26,442 nt of DNA from Candidatus Tenderia sp. (GCA_031416075.1 JANOSY010000021.1:1-26442); one strand, 5' to 3'. Shown: positions 8,414 to 18,359, counted from the stretch's first letter. Notes: generated by a model not told the origin, from the sequence alone. Translations and numbers: made by a program.

Positions 8414-10668
8414 CAGAGTGAGCTGTACTTTTTCCGGAGTCGCTGACGTACAACCTCAGCGATAGTATTAAAGAAGAAGGTGAAGATAAACAGTACCAGT
8501 GCTGCCAGGAACAGGATCCGGTAGTGGGTACCATTGACCTCAGACTCAGGCATCTCTACCGCAATATTGGCAGAGAGTGTGCGTAGCCCCTGGAAAATAC
8601 TGAAGTCCATCACCGGAGTATTGCCGGTGGCCATCAGTACAATCATGGTCTCGCCCACGGCGCGGCCAAAACCGATCATCACCGCTGAAAAGATGGCGGG
8701 GCTGGCGGTGAGCAGGACCACCCGTGTCAGGGTCTGCCAAGGGGTGGCCCCCAGCGCCAGAGAGCCGATGGTCAGATGTTTGGGGACACCAAAGATGGCA
8801 TCTTCAGTGATGGTGAAGATGGGCGGAATGACGGCAAACCCCATGGCGATACCCACAATCATGGCGTTGCGCTGGTCAAAGTCGATCCCCAGTTCATGTT
8901 TCATCCAGATCCGCATGTCACCGCCAAAGGCCCATATCTCCAGGGGGTGGCTGAGGGTGAAGGCGAGCCAGACGGTGAAGATGATCACGGGGATTAACAG
9001 TGCCGCCGTCCAGCCATCGGGGACCCGGCTGTGGATATGTTTGGGTAACAGATTCCAGAGATAGCTGGTGGTCAGAATCGCCAGTGGCAGTAGCAGCACC
9101 AGACTGAAGACGGCAGGCAGGTAGTACTCAACCAGCGGTGCTAGCCATAGTCCAGCGAGAAATCCGAGGATGACAGTGGGCAGCGCCTCCATGATCTCAA
9201 TGGTCGGTTTGATGGTGGAGCGCATTTTGGGCGTCATGAAGTAGGCGGTATAAATAGCACCGAGAATCGCCAGCGGGATGGCGACCATCATGGCGTAAAA
9301 CGCCGCCTTGATTGTGCCAAAGGCGAGGGGAACAAGGCTGAACTTGGATTCAAAGTCGTTGCTGGCAGAAGAAGATTGCCAGATGTAGTCAGGTTTTTCA
9401 TAACTCTCATACCAGACCTTGCTCCAGATCGATGACCACGATACCTCGGGGTGTTCGTTATGGATGTGGAGGAAGTGGGTTTTGCCGGCCATGTCCTCAA
9501 TCAGTGCCGCGTCGCCCCGTGGGGCGATGGCAACATGGCTGGCAGGGCTATCGAGCTGATGTTTAAGTACGGTGCGCCCAGAGGTGGTGTGAAACGCATT
9601 TAACTTGCCCGTTTCGTCAATGGCCATAAAGCCCTTACGGAAATATTCCGGCGTGAGGGTGGATATCCCTTTCGGCATCTCAAACTGGCGGATTTTGGTC
9701 AGGTGTTGATCGTTATTTTCGTCCCGGACCTCAAACCATTGGCTGACGGTGCCACTGCTGTCGGCCACCAGGATGGAGATGTTACCGGCGAGAAACTCTA
9801 ACCGCACAATACGGTTCTCATTGCTGGTTGCTGTCACCTGCTCCTCGAATATCGGGGTCTCAGGGTCGGAGATGTCGAAGCGGGAGATGGTACCAGCGGT
9901 GGTGGCGGCGTAGACCACACGTTGCTCCTTGTCGAGCAACAGGTGGGATATTTTGCTGGGGGCGTTTTCGAGCCGACGGGTCTCGGTTTTGATCGTGGTC
10001 TCATCATCCATCATTGAGGTTTCGATGGTGAGTGTGGTCATTAACAGTCGGCTATCGTTGGTGAGTGCGATGAGTGTGGACTGTTCATCGTTGCTCTGCA
10101 CGGCCAGTTTGGCAAGTGGGCGGCCAGAACTGTCAACCTGAATCGGGAGTTCACCCAGGGGGTAACTCAGACGTGGGGTAATGACACGAACATTGTCAGG
10201 GTAGCTGACATCATATTCGTGTTTAAGCACGATGGCGCTACCGTCAGAGAGGCCAAACGCAACAATATTACTGGCACCGGTGCCGGCGGCAAAGCTGGTA
10301 ATCGTACTGCTATGGGGCAGCATCAGGGGCTGCTGGTTAATGATCTTACCGTCAAGGGTATTAAAAAAAGTGGTCTGTCCATCACTGGTAAAACGTACGG
10401 CAATTTCGGCCTGCTCTTCCATCGCCAGATGCAGTGTGCTGGTGCCGCTCCCGTGGGGCAGGGCGTAGTCGGCCTCTTTTTTAATAGTACCGGGGATGAA
10501 AAGCGGGATAACCACGTAAAGCAGGTAGGCAAAAATCATAGTGATGGCAATAATGACACTGATGCCACCAATACCGATCATGTGCTTGGCAATCTTGTCT
10601 TTGAGACGACGACGGGCACGATGGCGAATGCTGCTGGGGTGATTAATGGGTGGGAGAAGTGCGGCCAT
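8413..10668 (-). CDS. pstC: Phosphate ABC transporter permease PstC (long Pseudomonas/Vibrio type with large periplasmic domain)
   Basis: [49 protein letters not shown]. Confidence 0.92.
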   Translation of the reverse strand: MAALLPPINHPSSIRHRARRRLKDKIAKHMIGIGGISVIIAITMIFAYLLYVVIPLFIPGTIKKEADYALPHGSGTSTLHLAMEEQAEIAVRFTSDGQTTFFNTLDGKIINQQPLMLPHSSTITSFAAGTGASNIVAFGLSDGSAIVLKHEYDVSYPDNVRVITPRLSYPLGELPIQVDSSGRPLAKLAVQSNDEQSTLIALTNDSRLLMTTLTIETSMMDDETTIKTETRRLENAPSKISHLLLDKEQRVVYAATTAGTISRFDISDPETPIFEEQVTATSNENRIVRLEFLAGNISILVADSSGTVSQWFEVRDENNDQHLTKIRQFEMPKGISTLTPEYFRKGFMAIDETGKLNAFHTTSGRTVLKHQLDSPASHVAIAPRGDAALIEDMAGKTHFLHIHNEHPEVSWSSIWSKVWYESYEKPDYIWQSSSASNDFESKFSLVPLAFGTIKAAFYAMMVAIPLAILGAIYTAYFMTPKMRSTIKPTIEIMEALPTVILGFLAGLWLAPLVEYYLPAVFSLVLLLPLAILTTSYLWNLLPKHIHSRVPDGWTAALLIPVIIFTVWLAFTLSHPLEIWAFGGDMRIWMKHELGIDFDQRNAMIVGIAMGFAVIPPIFTITEDAIFGVPKHLTIGSLALGATPWQTLTRVVLLTASPAIFSAVMIGFGRAVGETMIVLMATGNTPVMDFSIFQGLRTLSANIAVEMPESEVNGTHYRILFLAALVLFIFTFFFNTIAEVVRQRLRKKYSSL

Positions 10669-10698
10669 TGACTAGAGGTCCCTTGGTTATGGGCGGCA

Positions 10699-10732
10699 AT
10701 CATACGTGGCCAATATTACAGAATTGTTACAC
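10699..10732 (-). promoter_or_regulatory. Pho box (PhoB site) and -10 element for pstCAB-phoU
   Basis: The minus strand reads GTGTAAC-AATT-CTGTAAT (10732..10715; consensus CTGTCAT-A(A/T)A(A/T)-CTGTCA(C/T)), then exactly 10 nt, then TATGAT (10704..10699). This is canonical Pho promoter geometry. Confidence 0.8.
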
Positions 10733-11009
10733 TTGGTTTTGTGCAGGGCACTGTTTGCAATCGCTTGATAAAACTTGAAAAAGGGTGTGGAGGCAAGGGC
10801 ATCTGCTGTTAGATCAGGGGGGTGAAGATGAAAGGTAGATTATATACAGACACTTATAGCGAAGCGCAGACTAACAGCGCCTCTTTATTTAACACAGTTG
10901 CAACACTCTATGACCCTTTAAACGGTTGAAAAAGGGTGCTTGCTGCCTATCCTCAGGAAGGTGAATCGCGGACAGTACTCTCCTTTAACGGGTAAGGCAG
11001 CCACTTCAG

Positions 11010-11681
11010 CTATTTTTGACGATAGCGCCGGTTTGTGAATCCTAGCAGGGCCAAGCCAACGAGCGCCCAGGTGCCTGGTTCGGGAACGGTCTGGGTGGTG
11101 GATCTCACCAACCAACTGCCGGTAATGGCTTCAGGCTGGGAAGGGTCCTGGAGACCGCCGATTACAAACGGCGGCTCAAAACAGCCACAAAATGTTCTGG
11201 GGATATCGGTGAGCTGCATCAATATCCCCCCGGTGGCCTGGAGGCCGACAAGGGTGGAGTCGGTGATGCCCCATAAAACACTCTTCATCGGGGCACCGCT
11301 GGGTGTCTGTGTGCCGGTGGTGCCAAATAGTGAGAGGAAATGGTTGGCGGCGGCCAGTTCGCTGGGTTGTGGTATGCCATCTACCGTCAGTCCCATGGTT
11401 TGTAAAAGTGCAAAAAGCTCCACCGGTGTGGCGTAGCGGAAGCCCGCGAATAGGCCAGCGGAGACGCCTGAGCCGAGTACTGCGTTCATTTCGTCATAGC
11501 TTTTGCCCACGGAGAGTGTGGGGGTCAGCCACTCCAGCTGGGTTGAGGTATCGACGATGATGGTGGGGTCACTGGTTCTGATCACGATTGCTTCGCAAAG
11601 GGGGGTGTAAAGCAGTGCAAGCAGGAGGGGTATGAGCAGTGCCCAGTTTTTTCCAAATTGTTGCAGTGGTGAAGTAGTCAT
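11010..11681 (-). CDS. PEP-CTERM sorting domain-containing exported protein
   Basis: N-terminal signal peptide and a D..TQLEWL motif. The C-terminus VPEPGTWALVGLALLGFTNRRYRQK has the PEP motif, a TM helix and a basic tail. Confidence 0.88.
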   Translation of the reverse strand: MTTSPLQQFGKNWALLIPLLLALLYTPLCEAIVIRTSDPTIIVDTSTQLEWLTPTLSVGKSYDEMNAVLGSGVSAGLFAGFRYATPVELFALLQTMGLTVDGIPQPSELAAANHFLSLFGTTGTQTPSGAPMKSVLWGITDSTLVGLQATGGILMQLTDIPRTFCGCFEPPFVIGGLQDPSQPEAITGSWLVRSTTQTVPEPGTWALVGLALLGFTNRRYRQK

Positions 11682-11778
11682 AAGAGTTCTCCGCTGAGTC
11701 GTCGCCAGATAAAACTGTTCCCAAAGTCAGGATCCCCCTGTTTGCAGTGGTAAACCATGAAGTAGTGAACAGTTGCGC

Positions 11779-11794
11779 TGTGAACTATTTACAC
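11779..11794. promoter_or_regulatory. CRP-like (or TGT-N10-ACA enhancer-like) site upstream of the PEP-CTERM gene
   Basis: TGTGA-ACTATT-TTACA, 9/10 match to the CRP consensus, about 100 bp upstream of the start codon. Confidence 0.4.
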
Positions 11795-11826
11795 CGATTG
11801 GAGGGGGTGGCGGAGCGGTTGCCGGG

Positions 11827-12444
11827 TTATGGGTAACGCATGGCGATGTGGGTACTAATCAGTGCAGTGGTCTGGTTGCGGATAATGTCGCCATCGATGT
11901 CTGAGATCCAGAGGCGAACCAGCCCTTTGATAAAGGTGTAGCTGTCGAGGGCGCACAGTGCCGGGTCAAGGCCACTCCGCAGCAGCCCTTTGCTGTGGGC
12001 GCTGTCATAGGCGCGGTTGAGTATCTGCATAAAGTTGCAGCGGGTTTTGATGGCGTGGTTGTCGAGGGCGGTAAATTCATCGACGTACTCACATTTAAAG
12101 TGAATGATCTCAAAGGTGGTGCGGGCGATCTCATCCTCTGTTAGCAGTTGAATAATCTCATTCATGCTCTCCTGGATGTTGCGGAGTGGGTCGTCGAGGT
12201 TGTTGGCCAGCATGCCTTCATCAATCTGGTCGATGAGCGGGAGCGAAATCTGCTCCATCATGGCAAAAAAGAGGTCAGGTTTATCTTTAAAGTGCCAATA
12301 AATGGCACCGCGGGTAACCCCTGCCTCGGTGGCGATCTGCTCAAGTGTTGAACGGCTGACGCCCCGTGCGGCAAATGTTTTGCGCGCGGCGGCGATAATA
12401 TCCTGGCGTGTCTGTTCGGTCTCAGTCTTGCTTTTACGTACCAT
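11827..12444 (-). CDS. TetR-family transcriptional repressor, AcrR/TtgR type
   Basis: MVRKSKTETEQTRQDII...STLEQIATEAGVTRGAIYWHFKDK is the AcrR/TtgR HTH. Start placed at ATG 12444 rather than 12483. Confidence 0.9.
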   Translation of the reverse strand: MVRKSKTETEQTRQDIIAAARKTFAARGVSRSTLEQIATEAGVTRGAIYWHFKDKPDLFFAMMEQISLPLIDQIDEGMLANNLDDPLRNIQESMNEIIQLLTEDEIARTTFEIIHFKCEYVDEFTALDNHAIKTRCNFMQILNRAYDSAHSKGLLRSGLDPALCALDSYTFIKGLVRLWISDIDGDIIRNQTTALISTHIAMRYP

Positions 12445-12528
12445 GGTGAGGCTGGGTCCTGCTGTTGGTATACCGTTGGGCACCTGGGTTGGCAGGTGCC
12501 ACAGTCACTTTGGTTGATAACTGAAGGG

Positions 12529-13989
12529 TCAAGAGCGGCTGTTGTTAGCCACTGGTGCGGCCGGTGGATTCTCGGCGTTCCAGCCACCCCCCAGCGCTTT
12601 CATCAGTTCTATATTATGGAGTAGCTGTGCCTGGCTATTTTGAATAAGTGCCTGGGTGGCGCTGTTGTGGGTGCGTTGGGCATCCAGAACCTCCAGATAG
12701 CTGGAGTAACCGGCATCGTAGCGCATCTGTGCCAGTCGTAAGGCGTTGCGGGCGGCGTCGGCCCTGGCTTGCAGGTCGGCAACGGATACGCCGCTCTGTT
12801 CGGTATTGGTCAGGGCATCGGCCACCTCTTTGAAGGCGGTTTCGACCGTTTTCTGGTAGTTAGCCAGTGCCTGCTGCTGTACCGCCTCGGCCTCGCGGGT
12901 GCGGGCTGAAAGCTTTCCGGCATCAAAAAGCGGCATGGTGGCCCCCAGCCCGAGTGACCAGATGCGGGCACCGCTGTTGAGTATGTCGCTTAGCTCGCTG
13001 CTCTGGCCGCCTAGAATGCCGGTGAGGGAGAAGCTGGGCAGTTGCGCGGCCTTGGTGACACCAATCCGGGCGTTGGCGGCGATGAGCATCTGTTCCGCCT
13101 GTTTGACGTCAGGGCGGCGTTCCACCAGGGTGGAGGGGAGTCCAACCGGTGGGCGGATGGCTGTGGGCAGTGTGGATTCGGCGGTTGCGGCGATGTTAAG
13201 GCCGGGGGTGCCGCTGATTAACCCCAGCTGGTTCTCCGCCAGCTGTCGTTGCCGTTGCAGCTCGTGCAGTTGCAGGGCGGCCTCACTGCGGGAGAGTTGC
13301 GCCTGGTTGAGGTCCAGCGCTGAGGCCAGCCCGCCGTTGAGGCGACTGGTGACAACAGTCACCGCCTCATCACGGAGCGCCAGGGTCTGGGTGGTGAGGG
13401 CGATCTGGGCATCGAGGGAGCGCAGTGTGAAATAGGTCTGGCTGGCGGCCCCTGTCAGGGTGATGGCCATCACATCATGGGCGTAGCGGCTGCCCAGCAG
13501 TTGGGCGCGGGCGGCCTCGGATGCCCGTTGCAGTTTGCCCCACAGATCGATTTCAAAGGCGGTGGAGAGCACCAGCCGCTGGCTGTTTGAGATGATGGGG
13601 GTGCCCGGCGGCAGTGGTTGTGCGTTGAGTGTGCTGGAGCGGGCGCGGCTACTGTTGCCATCGAGGTTGATCTGCGGCAGCAGGTTGGCGCTGGTGGAGC
13701 CAAGCACGGCGGCCGCCTCATCCATCTGGGCGATGGCCTTTTGCAGATCACGACTGTTACTAAGGGTGCCCTCCACCAGCGTGTTGAGCACGGCATCGTT
13801 GTAGAGTTTCCACCACTCATATTGCAGCATTGCAGCGCCCTCTGCCTGCTGTTCCCCCTTGGTATAGGCGGCGGGCAGGGGTACCTCAGGGCGGGTATAG
13901 GTGGGGCCAACGGTACAGCCACTGAGAAAAATCAGTGCTGCCAAGGCCGTCACTTTTTGGTGGGTAGGGCGTAGGTATTGTGCACTCAT
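12529..13989 (-). CDS. RND efflux outer-membrane lipoprotein (OprM/NodT family)
   Basis: Lipobox FLSG-C, FEIDLWGKL, PSTLVERRPDV..AE, YLEVLDAQR, LMKALGGGW. The true start is ATG 13989, forming an ATGA overlap with the RND gene stop. The track's N-terminal extension to 14463 is spurious. Confidence 0.92.
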   Translation of the reverse strand: MSAQYLRPTHQKVTALAALIFLSGCTVGPTYTRPEVPLPAAYTKGEQQAEGAAMLQYEWWKLYNDAVLNTLVEGTLSNSRDLQKAIAQMDEAAAVLGSTSANLLPQINLDGNSSRARSSTLNAQPLPPGTPIISNSQRLVLSTAFEIDLWGKLQRASEAARAQLLGSRYAHDVMAITLTGAASQTYFTLRSLDAQIALTTQTLALRDEAVTVVTSRLNGGLASALDLNQAQLSRSEAALQLHELQRQRQLAENQLGLISGTPGLNIAATAESTLPTAIRPPVGLPSTLVERRPDVKQAEQMLIAANARIGVTKAAQLPSFSLTGILGGQSSELSDILNSGARIWSLGLGATMPLFDAGKLSARTREAEAVQQQALANYQKTVETAFKEVADALTNTEQSGVSVADLQARADAARNALRLAQMRYDAGYSSYLEVLDAQRTHNSATQALIQNSQAQLLHNIELMKALGGGWNAENPPAAPVANNSRS

Positions 13990-16900
13990 GGCAGTTTCTC
14001 CTGCACAGTGGCCGGTGGCTCTGCATCGGGGTGTTTGTGTGAGGGGCGCGGTTTGCGTGCCAACAGCGTGAAGAAGAGCGGTACAAAGATCGGCGCGATA
14101 AAGGTGGCGATGATCATGCCACCAAATACACCACTGCCCATCGACTGCCGCGCAGCGGCTCCAGCGCCGGTGGCGATGACCAGTGGCAGTACGCCAAAAA
14201 CAAAGGCGAGGGAGGTCATGACGATGGGGCGGAAGCGCAGCCGTGCCGCCTCCAGCGCGGCATCCACAGCGCTCAACCCCTCTTCCATCCCCTGCATGGC
14301 AAACTCGGCGATGAGGATGGCATTTTTTGCCGCCAGCCCGATCAGTACCACCAGACCAATCTGGAAGTAGATGTCGTTGTTGAGTCCGCGCAGATAGACA
14401 AAACCCAGCGCCCCAGCAATCGCAAATGGTACTGCCAGCAGCACCGCCACCGGCACGCCCCAACGTTCATAGAGTGCTGCCAGTATCAGGTAGACCATGA
14501 TCAGGGCAAAACCAAAGGCAAAGACCGAGGCGCTGCCGGTCCGTTTCTCCTGGAATGCCTGGCCGGTCCACTCCATATCGTACCCTTTGGGCAGATTGGC
14601 TTTGGCGACCTCTTCAACGGCCTTGATGGCATCGCCAGAGCTGAAGCCGACCTTGGCGCTACCAAATACCTTGGCGGCGATATAGCCGTTGTAGCGTTCT
14701 ACCTGTTCAGGTCCGATGATATTTTCAACCTTGATCAATGCCTTGAGTGGAATCATGGTGCCGCTGGTGGAGCGCACATAGATGTTACCAAGGTCTTCCG
14801 GCTTGGCGCGATACTGGGCATCCGCCTGAATGGTGACACGATAGGTACGGCCTGACTTGTTGAAGTCGTTAACGTAGAGCGATCCCATCTGTGCCTGTAA
14901 GGCGGCAAAAACTTCGTTGACCGGCACCCCAAGTGCAAGTGCCTTTTCCCGGTCCACATCGACACGCAGTTGCGGCACGGTGGGGCGATAGAGCGTTCTT
15001 AACCCCTGCAGCGCTGGATGTTGCCCGAGGGCGGCGATGAAATCATTGGTGACCTGGGCCAGCCGTTGTGGATCGGGATCCGAACGGCCACGCACGTAGA
15101 CCTCAAAACCGCCAGTAGCCCCCAAGCCACGAATGGCAGGTGGGTTGATGGCAAAGGCGAGGCCATCGGGCAGCATCATCCCCTTGCCACTCACCTCCTG
15201 CACCAGCTCCTGTGCGGTCTGTTTTCGATCTTCCCACGGTTTGAGTGGCATGAAGATGGTGGCGGAGTTGCTCTTGCTGCTGCCGCTGATGAGATCAAAA
15301 CCGTTGACAACAAAGATATTGGCGATGGCCTCATTGTTGGCCATCATGCCACGCAGCTGTGAGGTGGTATTCATTGTGCGTTCAAGGGTTGCGCCATCGG
15401 GCAGCATGGCAACACTGACGATGTAACCTTGATCCTCCTCCGGTACAAAGCTGCCTGGCACTTGCGTAAAGAGTACGGCGACTCCTACAAGTAATAGACC
15501 GAACAGCATCATGGCGGCGATGCGCCACTGTATCGCCAGCGTTACTGCACCGAGAAAGCGCCGGGTGATCCAGGCAAAACCACTATTAAAGAGCTGAAAC
15601 AGCTTGCCCGGTGGTCGCTCACCCTCTGGATGTGGTTTGAGCAGCATGGCACACAGCGCCGGTGTCAATGTAAGGGCGATGACGCCGGAGAGCACGACAG
15701 CAATCGCTACTGTGACGGCAAACTGGCGGTAGAGCTGGCCGGCAATGCCGCCCAGGAAGGCGACCGGTATAAATACGGCCACAAGGGCCAGCACAATACC
15801 GATGACCGCATTCTGTACCTCGCGCATCGCCTCAATAGCTGCATCAAAGGGGCTGAGTTTGCGTTCGCGCATCAGCCGTTCGACGTTTTCCAGGACCACA
15901 ATCGCGTCATCGACCACGATTCCCACAGCCAGTACCATGGCAAAGAGGGTAAGGGTATTGATTGAAAAGCCAAACAACCATAACCCGGCGAAGGTGCCGA
16001 CCAGTGATACCGGTACCGCAATCATCGGGATCAGGGTGGCGCGCCAGTTTTGCAGGAAGACAAAGACCACCAGCAGCACAATCACTGCCGCTTCAATCAG
16101 TGTGTGGATAACACTGCGGATCGAGGCGGAGACAAAACGGGTGGTGTCGTAGGGGATGATGTAATCGACATCATCAGGGAACTGCTGCTGTTTGATCTCT
16201 TCCATCTTGGTGCGGATGGCGTCGGCGACATCCAGGGCGTTGGCCCCGGTTTGCAGAAATATTGGCAAGGCGATGGCGGGCATACCATTCACGCTGTTGG
16301 ACTGATCATAACTTTGGGCACCCAGCTCAATGCGTGCCACATCTTTCAGGCGTAATACACCACCGGGACCCTCGGAGCGGAGGATGATCTGGCCAAACTC
16401 TTCCGGCTCTAACATGCGGCCACGGGTGGTGACGGTATAGACCAGCTGCTGCCCCTTGGGGGCCGGATCTGCACCGATCTTGCCCGCTGCGTATTGGGTG
16501 TTCTGGGCGTTAATGGCGTTGGTGATGTCGCTCGTGGTCAGGCCTAGCTGGGCCATGCGGTCTGGTTTGAGCCAGATACGCATGGAGTAGTCGCGGGCAC
16601 CAAAGATGATCACATCCGCCACACCAGGAATACGCTTGAGCTCATCAGCAATGTTCAGGCTGGCGTAGTTGGAGAGGTAGAGCATGTCGTAGGTGCTTTT
16701 GGGCGAGTTGAGTGCCACCACCAGCAGGATGTTTTGTGACCGTTTGGCCACCGTTATGCCGTTGCGCCGGACCTCTTCAGGCAGGCGCGGGGTGGCGAGC
16801 TGCACCCGATTGTTGATGTTGAATGTTGCTTTATCGATGTCGGTACCGACATCAAATGTTGCTGTAATGGAGAGTGTGCCGTTAGAGGCGGCGGTGGAGT

Positions 16901-17135
16901 TGAAATAGAGTAAATTTTCAATTCCGGAGAGCTGCTGTTCAATAGGCGTGGCCACTGTTTTTGAGAGTGTCTCTGCCGACGCACCAGGATAGACCGCGGT
17001 AATGGTCACCGTGGGTGGTGCAATCTCGGGATACTGGGCGATGGGCAGGATGCTCGCCGCCACCAGACCGGCAAGCATCAGGATGATGGCCAGAACTGTG
17101 GCAAAGATCGGACGTTCTATAAAAAATTTAGACAT
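13986..17135 (-). CDS. RND efflux transporter permease, HAE1 (AcrB/MexB/BpeF-like)
   Basis: MSKFFIERPIFA, QYPEIAPP, GIVVDDAIVVLENVER (proton-relay DD), AKNAILI, RFRPIVMTS. 1049 aa. Confidence 0.96.
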   Translation of the reverse strand: MSKFFIERPIFATVLAIILMLAGLVAASILPIAQYPEIAPPTVTITAVYPGASAETLSKTVATPIEQQLSGIENLLYFNSTAASNGTLSITATFDVGTDIDKATFNINNRVQLATPRLPEEVRRNGITVAKRSQNILLVVALNSPKSTYDMLYLSNYASLNIADELKRIPGVADVIIFGARDYSMRIWLKPDRMAQLGLTTSDITNAINAQNTQYAAGKIGADPAPKGQQLVYTVTTRGRMLEPEEFGQIILRSEGPGGVLRLKDVARIELGAQSYDQSNSVNGMPAIALPIFLQTGANALDVADAIRTKMEEIKQQQFPDDVDYIIPYDTTRFVSASIRSVIHTLIEAAVIVLLVVFVFLQNWRATLIPMIAVPVSLVGTFAGLWLFGFSINTLTLFAMVLAVGIVVDDAIVVLENVERLMRERKLSPFDAAIEAMREVQNAVIGIVLALVAVFIPVAFLGGIAGQLYRQFAVTVAIAVVLSGVIALTLTPALCAMLLKPHPEGERPPGKLFQLFNSGFAWITRRFLGAVTLAIQWRIAAMMLFGLLLVGVAVLFTQVPGSFVPEEDQGYIVSVAMLPDGATLERTMNTTSQLRGMMANNEAIANIFVVNGFDLISGSSKSNSATIFMPLKPWEDRKQTAQELVQEVSGKGMMLPDGLAFAINPPAIRGLGATGGFEVYVRGRSDPDPQRLAQVTNDFIAALGQHPALQGLRTLYRPTVPQLRVDVDREKALALGVPVNEVFAALQAQMGSLYVNDFNKSGRTYRVTIQADAQYRAKPEDLGNIYVRSTSGTMIPLKALIKVENIIGPEQVERYNGYIAAKVFGSAKVGFSSGDAIKAVEEVAKANLPKGYDMEWTGQAFQEKRTGSASVFAFGFALIMVYLILAALYERWGVPVAVLLAVPFAIAGALGFVYLRGLNNDIYFQIGLVVLIGLAAKNAILIAEFAMQGMEEGLSAVDAALEAARLRFRPIVMTSLAFVFGVLPLVIATGAGAAARQSMGSGVFGGMIIATFIAPIFVPLFFTLLARKPRPSHKHPDAEPPATVQEKLP

Positions 17136-17177
17136 GGCTTGGGGCTCGCTCTGTTGCGGCGCTGCAAAAGGGTGAAA

Positions 17178-18359
17178 TTACTGCTTGGGGCCTGCAGCTG
17201 TTTCGCCTGGCGCGTGGGGTGCCACGGGTGCGCCGGGGCGCATCTTCATCAGATTATCGATAATCACCCGGTCACCAGGCGTAAGCCCCTCTGTCACTAC
17301 CCAGTTTTGTTCCGACCAACCGGCGGTTATAACCGGACGTGGTGCTACCGTATTGTCTGGTGCCACGGTAAAGAGCACGCTGCCCTGTTCGGTCTGGGCA
17401 ACAGCGGCATGGGGTATCAGGTAGCCATCACGGTCGCCAACATTGACCCGGACGCGCACAAACTGGCCGGGCAGGAGCCGATGGTCGGTGTTGGCAAACT
17501 CAGCCCGCATCTCCACCATGCCGGTTCTGTTATTTACGGTTGAGGCCGAGAAGTTGATAACACCAGGGTGTGCGTAGCGACTGCCATCGTCCAGAATCAG
17601 ATGGATCTCTGGTTTGCTGGAGTGACGCAGCTGAGCCGTTTCACGCTCAGAGAAGGCAAAACGGACCCAGATTGGACTGCTGGTATTGATGGTTGTGAGC
17701 AGGCTTGATTGAGCGCCTGCGGTGACCAGTGAACCTAAAGAGAGTTGCGCCCGGCCAGTGATGCCAGCGATAGGTGCGGTGACATGGATGTAGGAGAGAC
17801 TCAGCTCCGCGTCACGTAATCTGGATTCGTTTATTTTCTGTGACGCCAATGCTGCCTGGAGTGCTGTATTGGCGTCATCCAGTTCCCGGCTGCTGATTGC
17901 CTTTTCCGCTACCAGCGGCTTAAGACGGGCCGCTTCGCGTTCGCTGCGTTCCAGGCTGGCCTTGTCCTGTGCCAGTGCCGCCTGAGCCTGATTCAGGGCA
18001 ATCTGGAAAGGTGCCCGGTCGATGGTAAAAAGTACTGCGCCAGCGTTAACATAGTCCCCCTCTTTATAGCGTTGCTGCATTAATACACCGGATACTCGGG
18101 GACGCACTTCAACATCCTTGGACCCTTCGGTCTGTCCCACTGCTTCGATGAGTGTGGGCACCTTTTCAGGTTGGACGTCGATAACCGTGACAGGCATGAC
18201 GGGCATGGCACCACCTGCTGCGCCGGGGAGGGTCACATCTTCTGTTTTTGAGCAGCCACCTAAAAGGGTGAGCAAAATCATTGCCCCAAGAAGCCGAGGG
18301 TATTGAGTGGATGTTTTTGAGTGGGTAAGGGGGGCAGTGTTGAGCGTGAGTAGCGCCAT
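17178..18359 (-). CDS. RND efflux periplasmic adaptor (membrane fusion protein, AcrA/MexA family)
   Basis: Lipobox LLGG-C, VEVRPRVSG, APIAGITG, LLPGQFVRV, GLTPGDRVI. The start is uncertain (ATG 18359 or a later Met); the track start at 18404 lies inside the promoter/operator. Confidence 0.92.
   Translation of the reverse strand: MALLTLNTAPLTHSKTSTQYPRLLGAMILLTLLGGCSKTEDVTLPGAAGGAMPVMPVTVIDVQPEKVPTLIEAVGQTEGSKDVEVRPRVSGVLMQQRYKEGDYVNAGAVLFTIDRAPFQIALNQAQAALAQDKASLERSEREAARLKPLVAEKAISSRELDDANTALQAALASQKINESRLRDAELSLSYIHVTAPIAGITGRAQLSLGSLVTAGAQSSLLTTINTSSPIWVRFAFSERETAQLRHSSKPEIHLILDDGSRYAHPGVINFSASTVNNRTGMVEMRAEFANTDHRLLPGQFVRVRVNVGDRDGYLIPHAAVAQTEQGSVLFTVAPDNTVAPRPVITAGWSEQNWVVTEGLTPGDRVIIDNLMKMRPGAPVAPHAPGETAAGPKQ

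Noticed and set aside
10918-11115. 65-aa minus-strand ORF overlapping the PEP-CTERM tail
   Set aside because: It is an alternate frame of a well-supported gene end with no independent evidence.
13990-14463. N-terminal extension of the 644-aa OMF ORF
   Set aside because: It overlaps the RND gene in another frame. The signal peptide, lipobox and ATGA coupling place the start at 13989.
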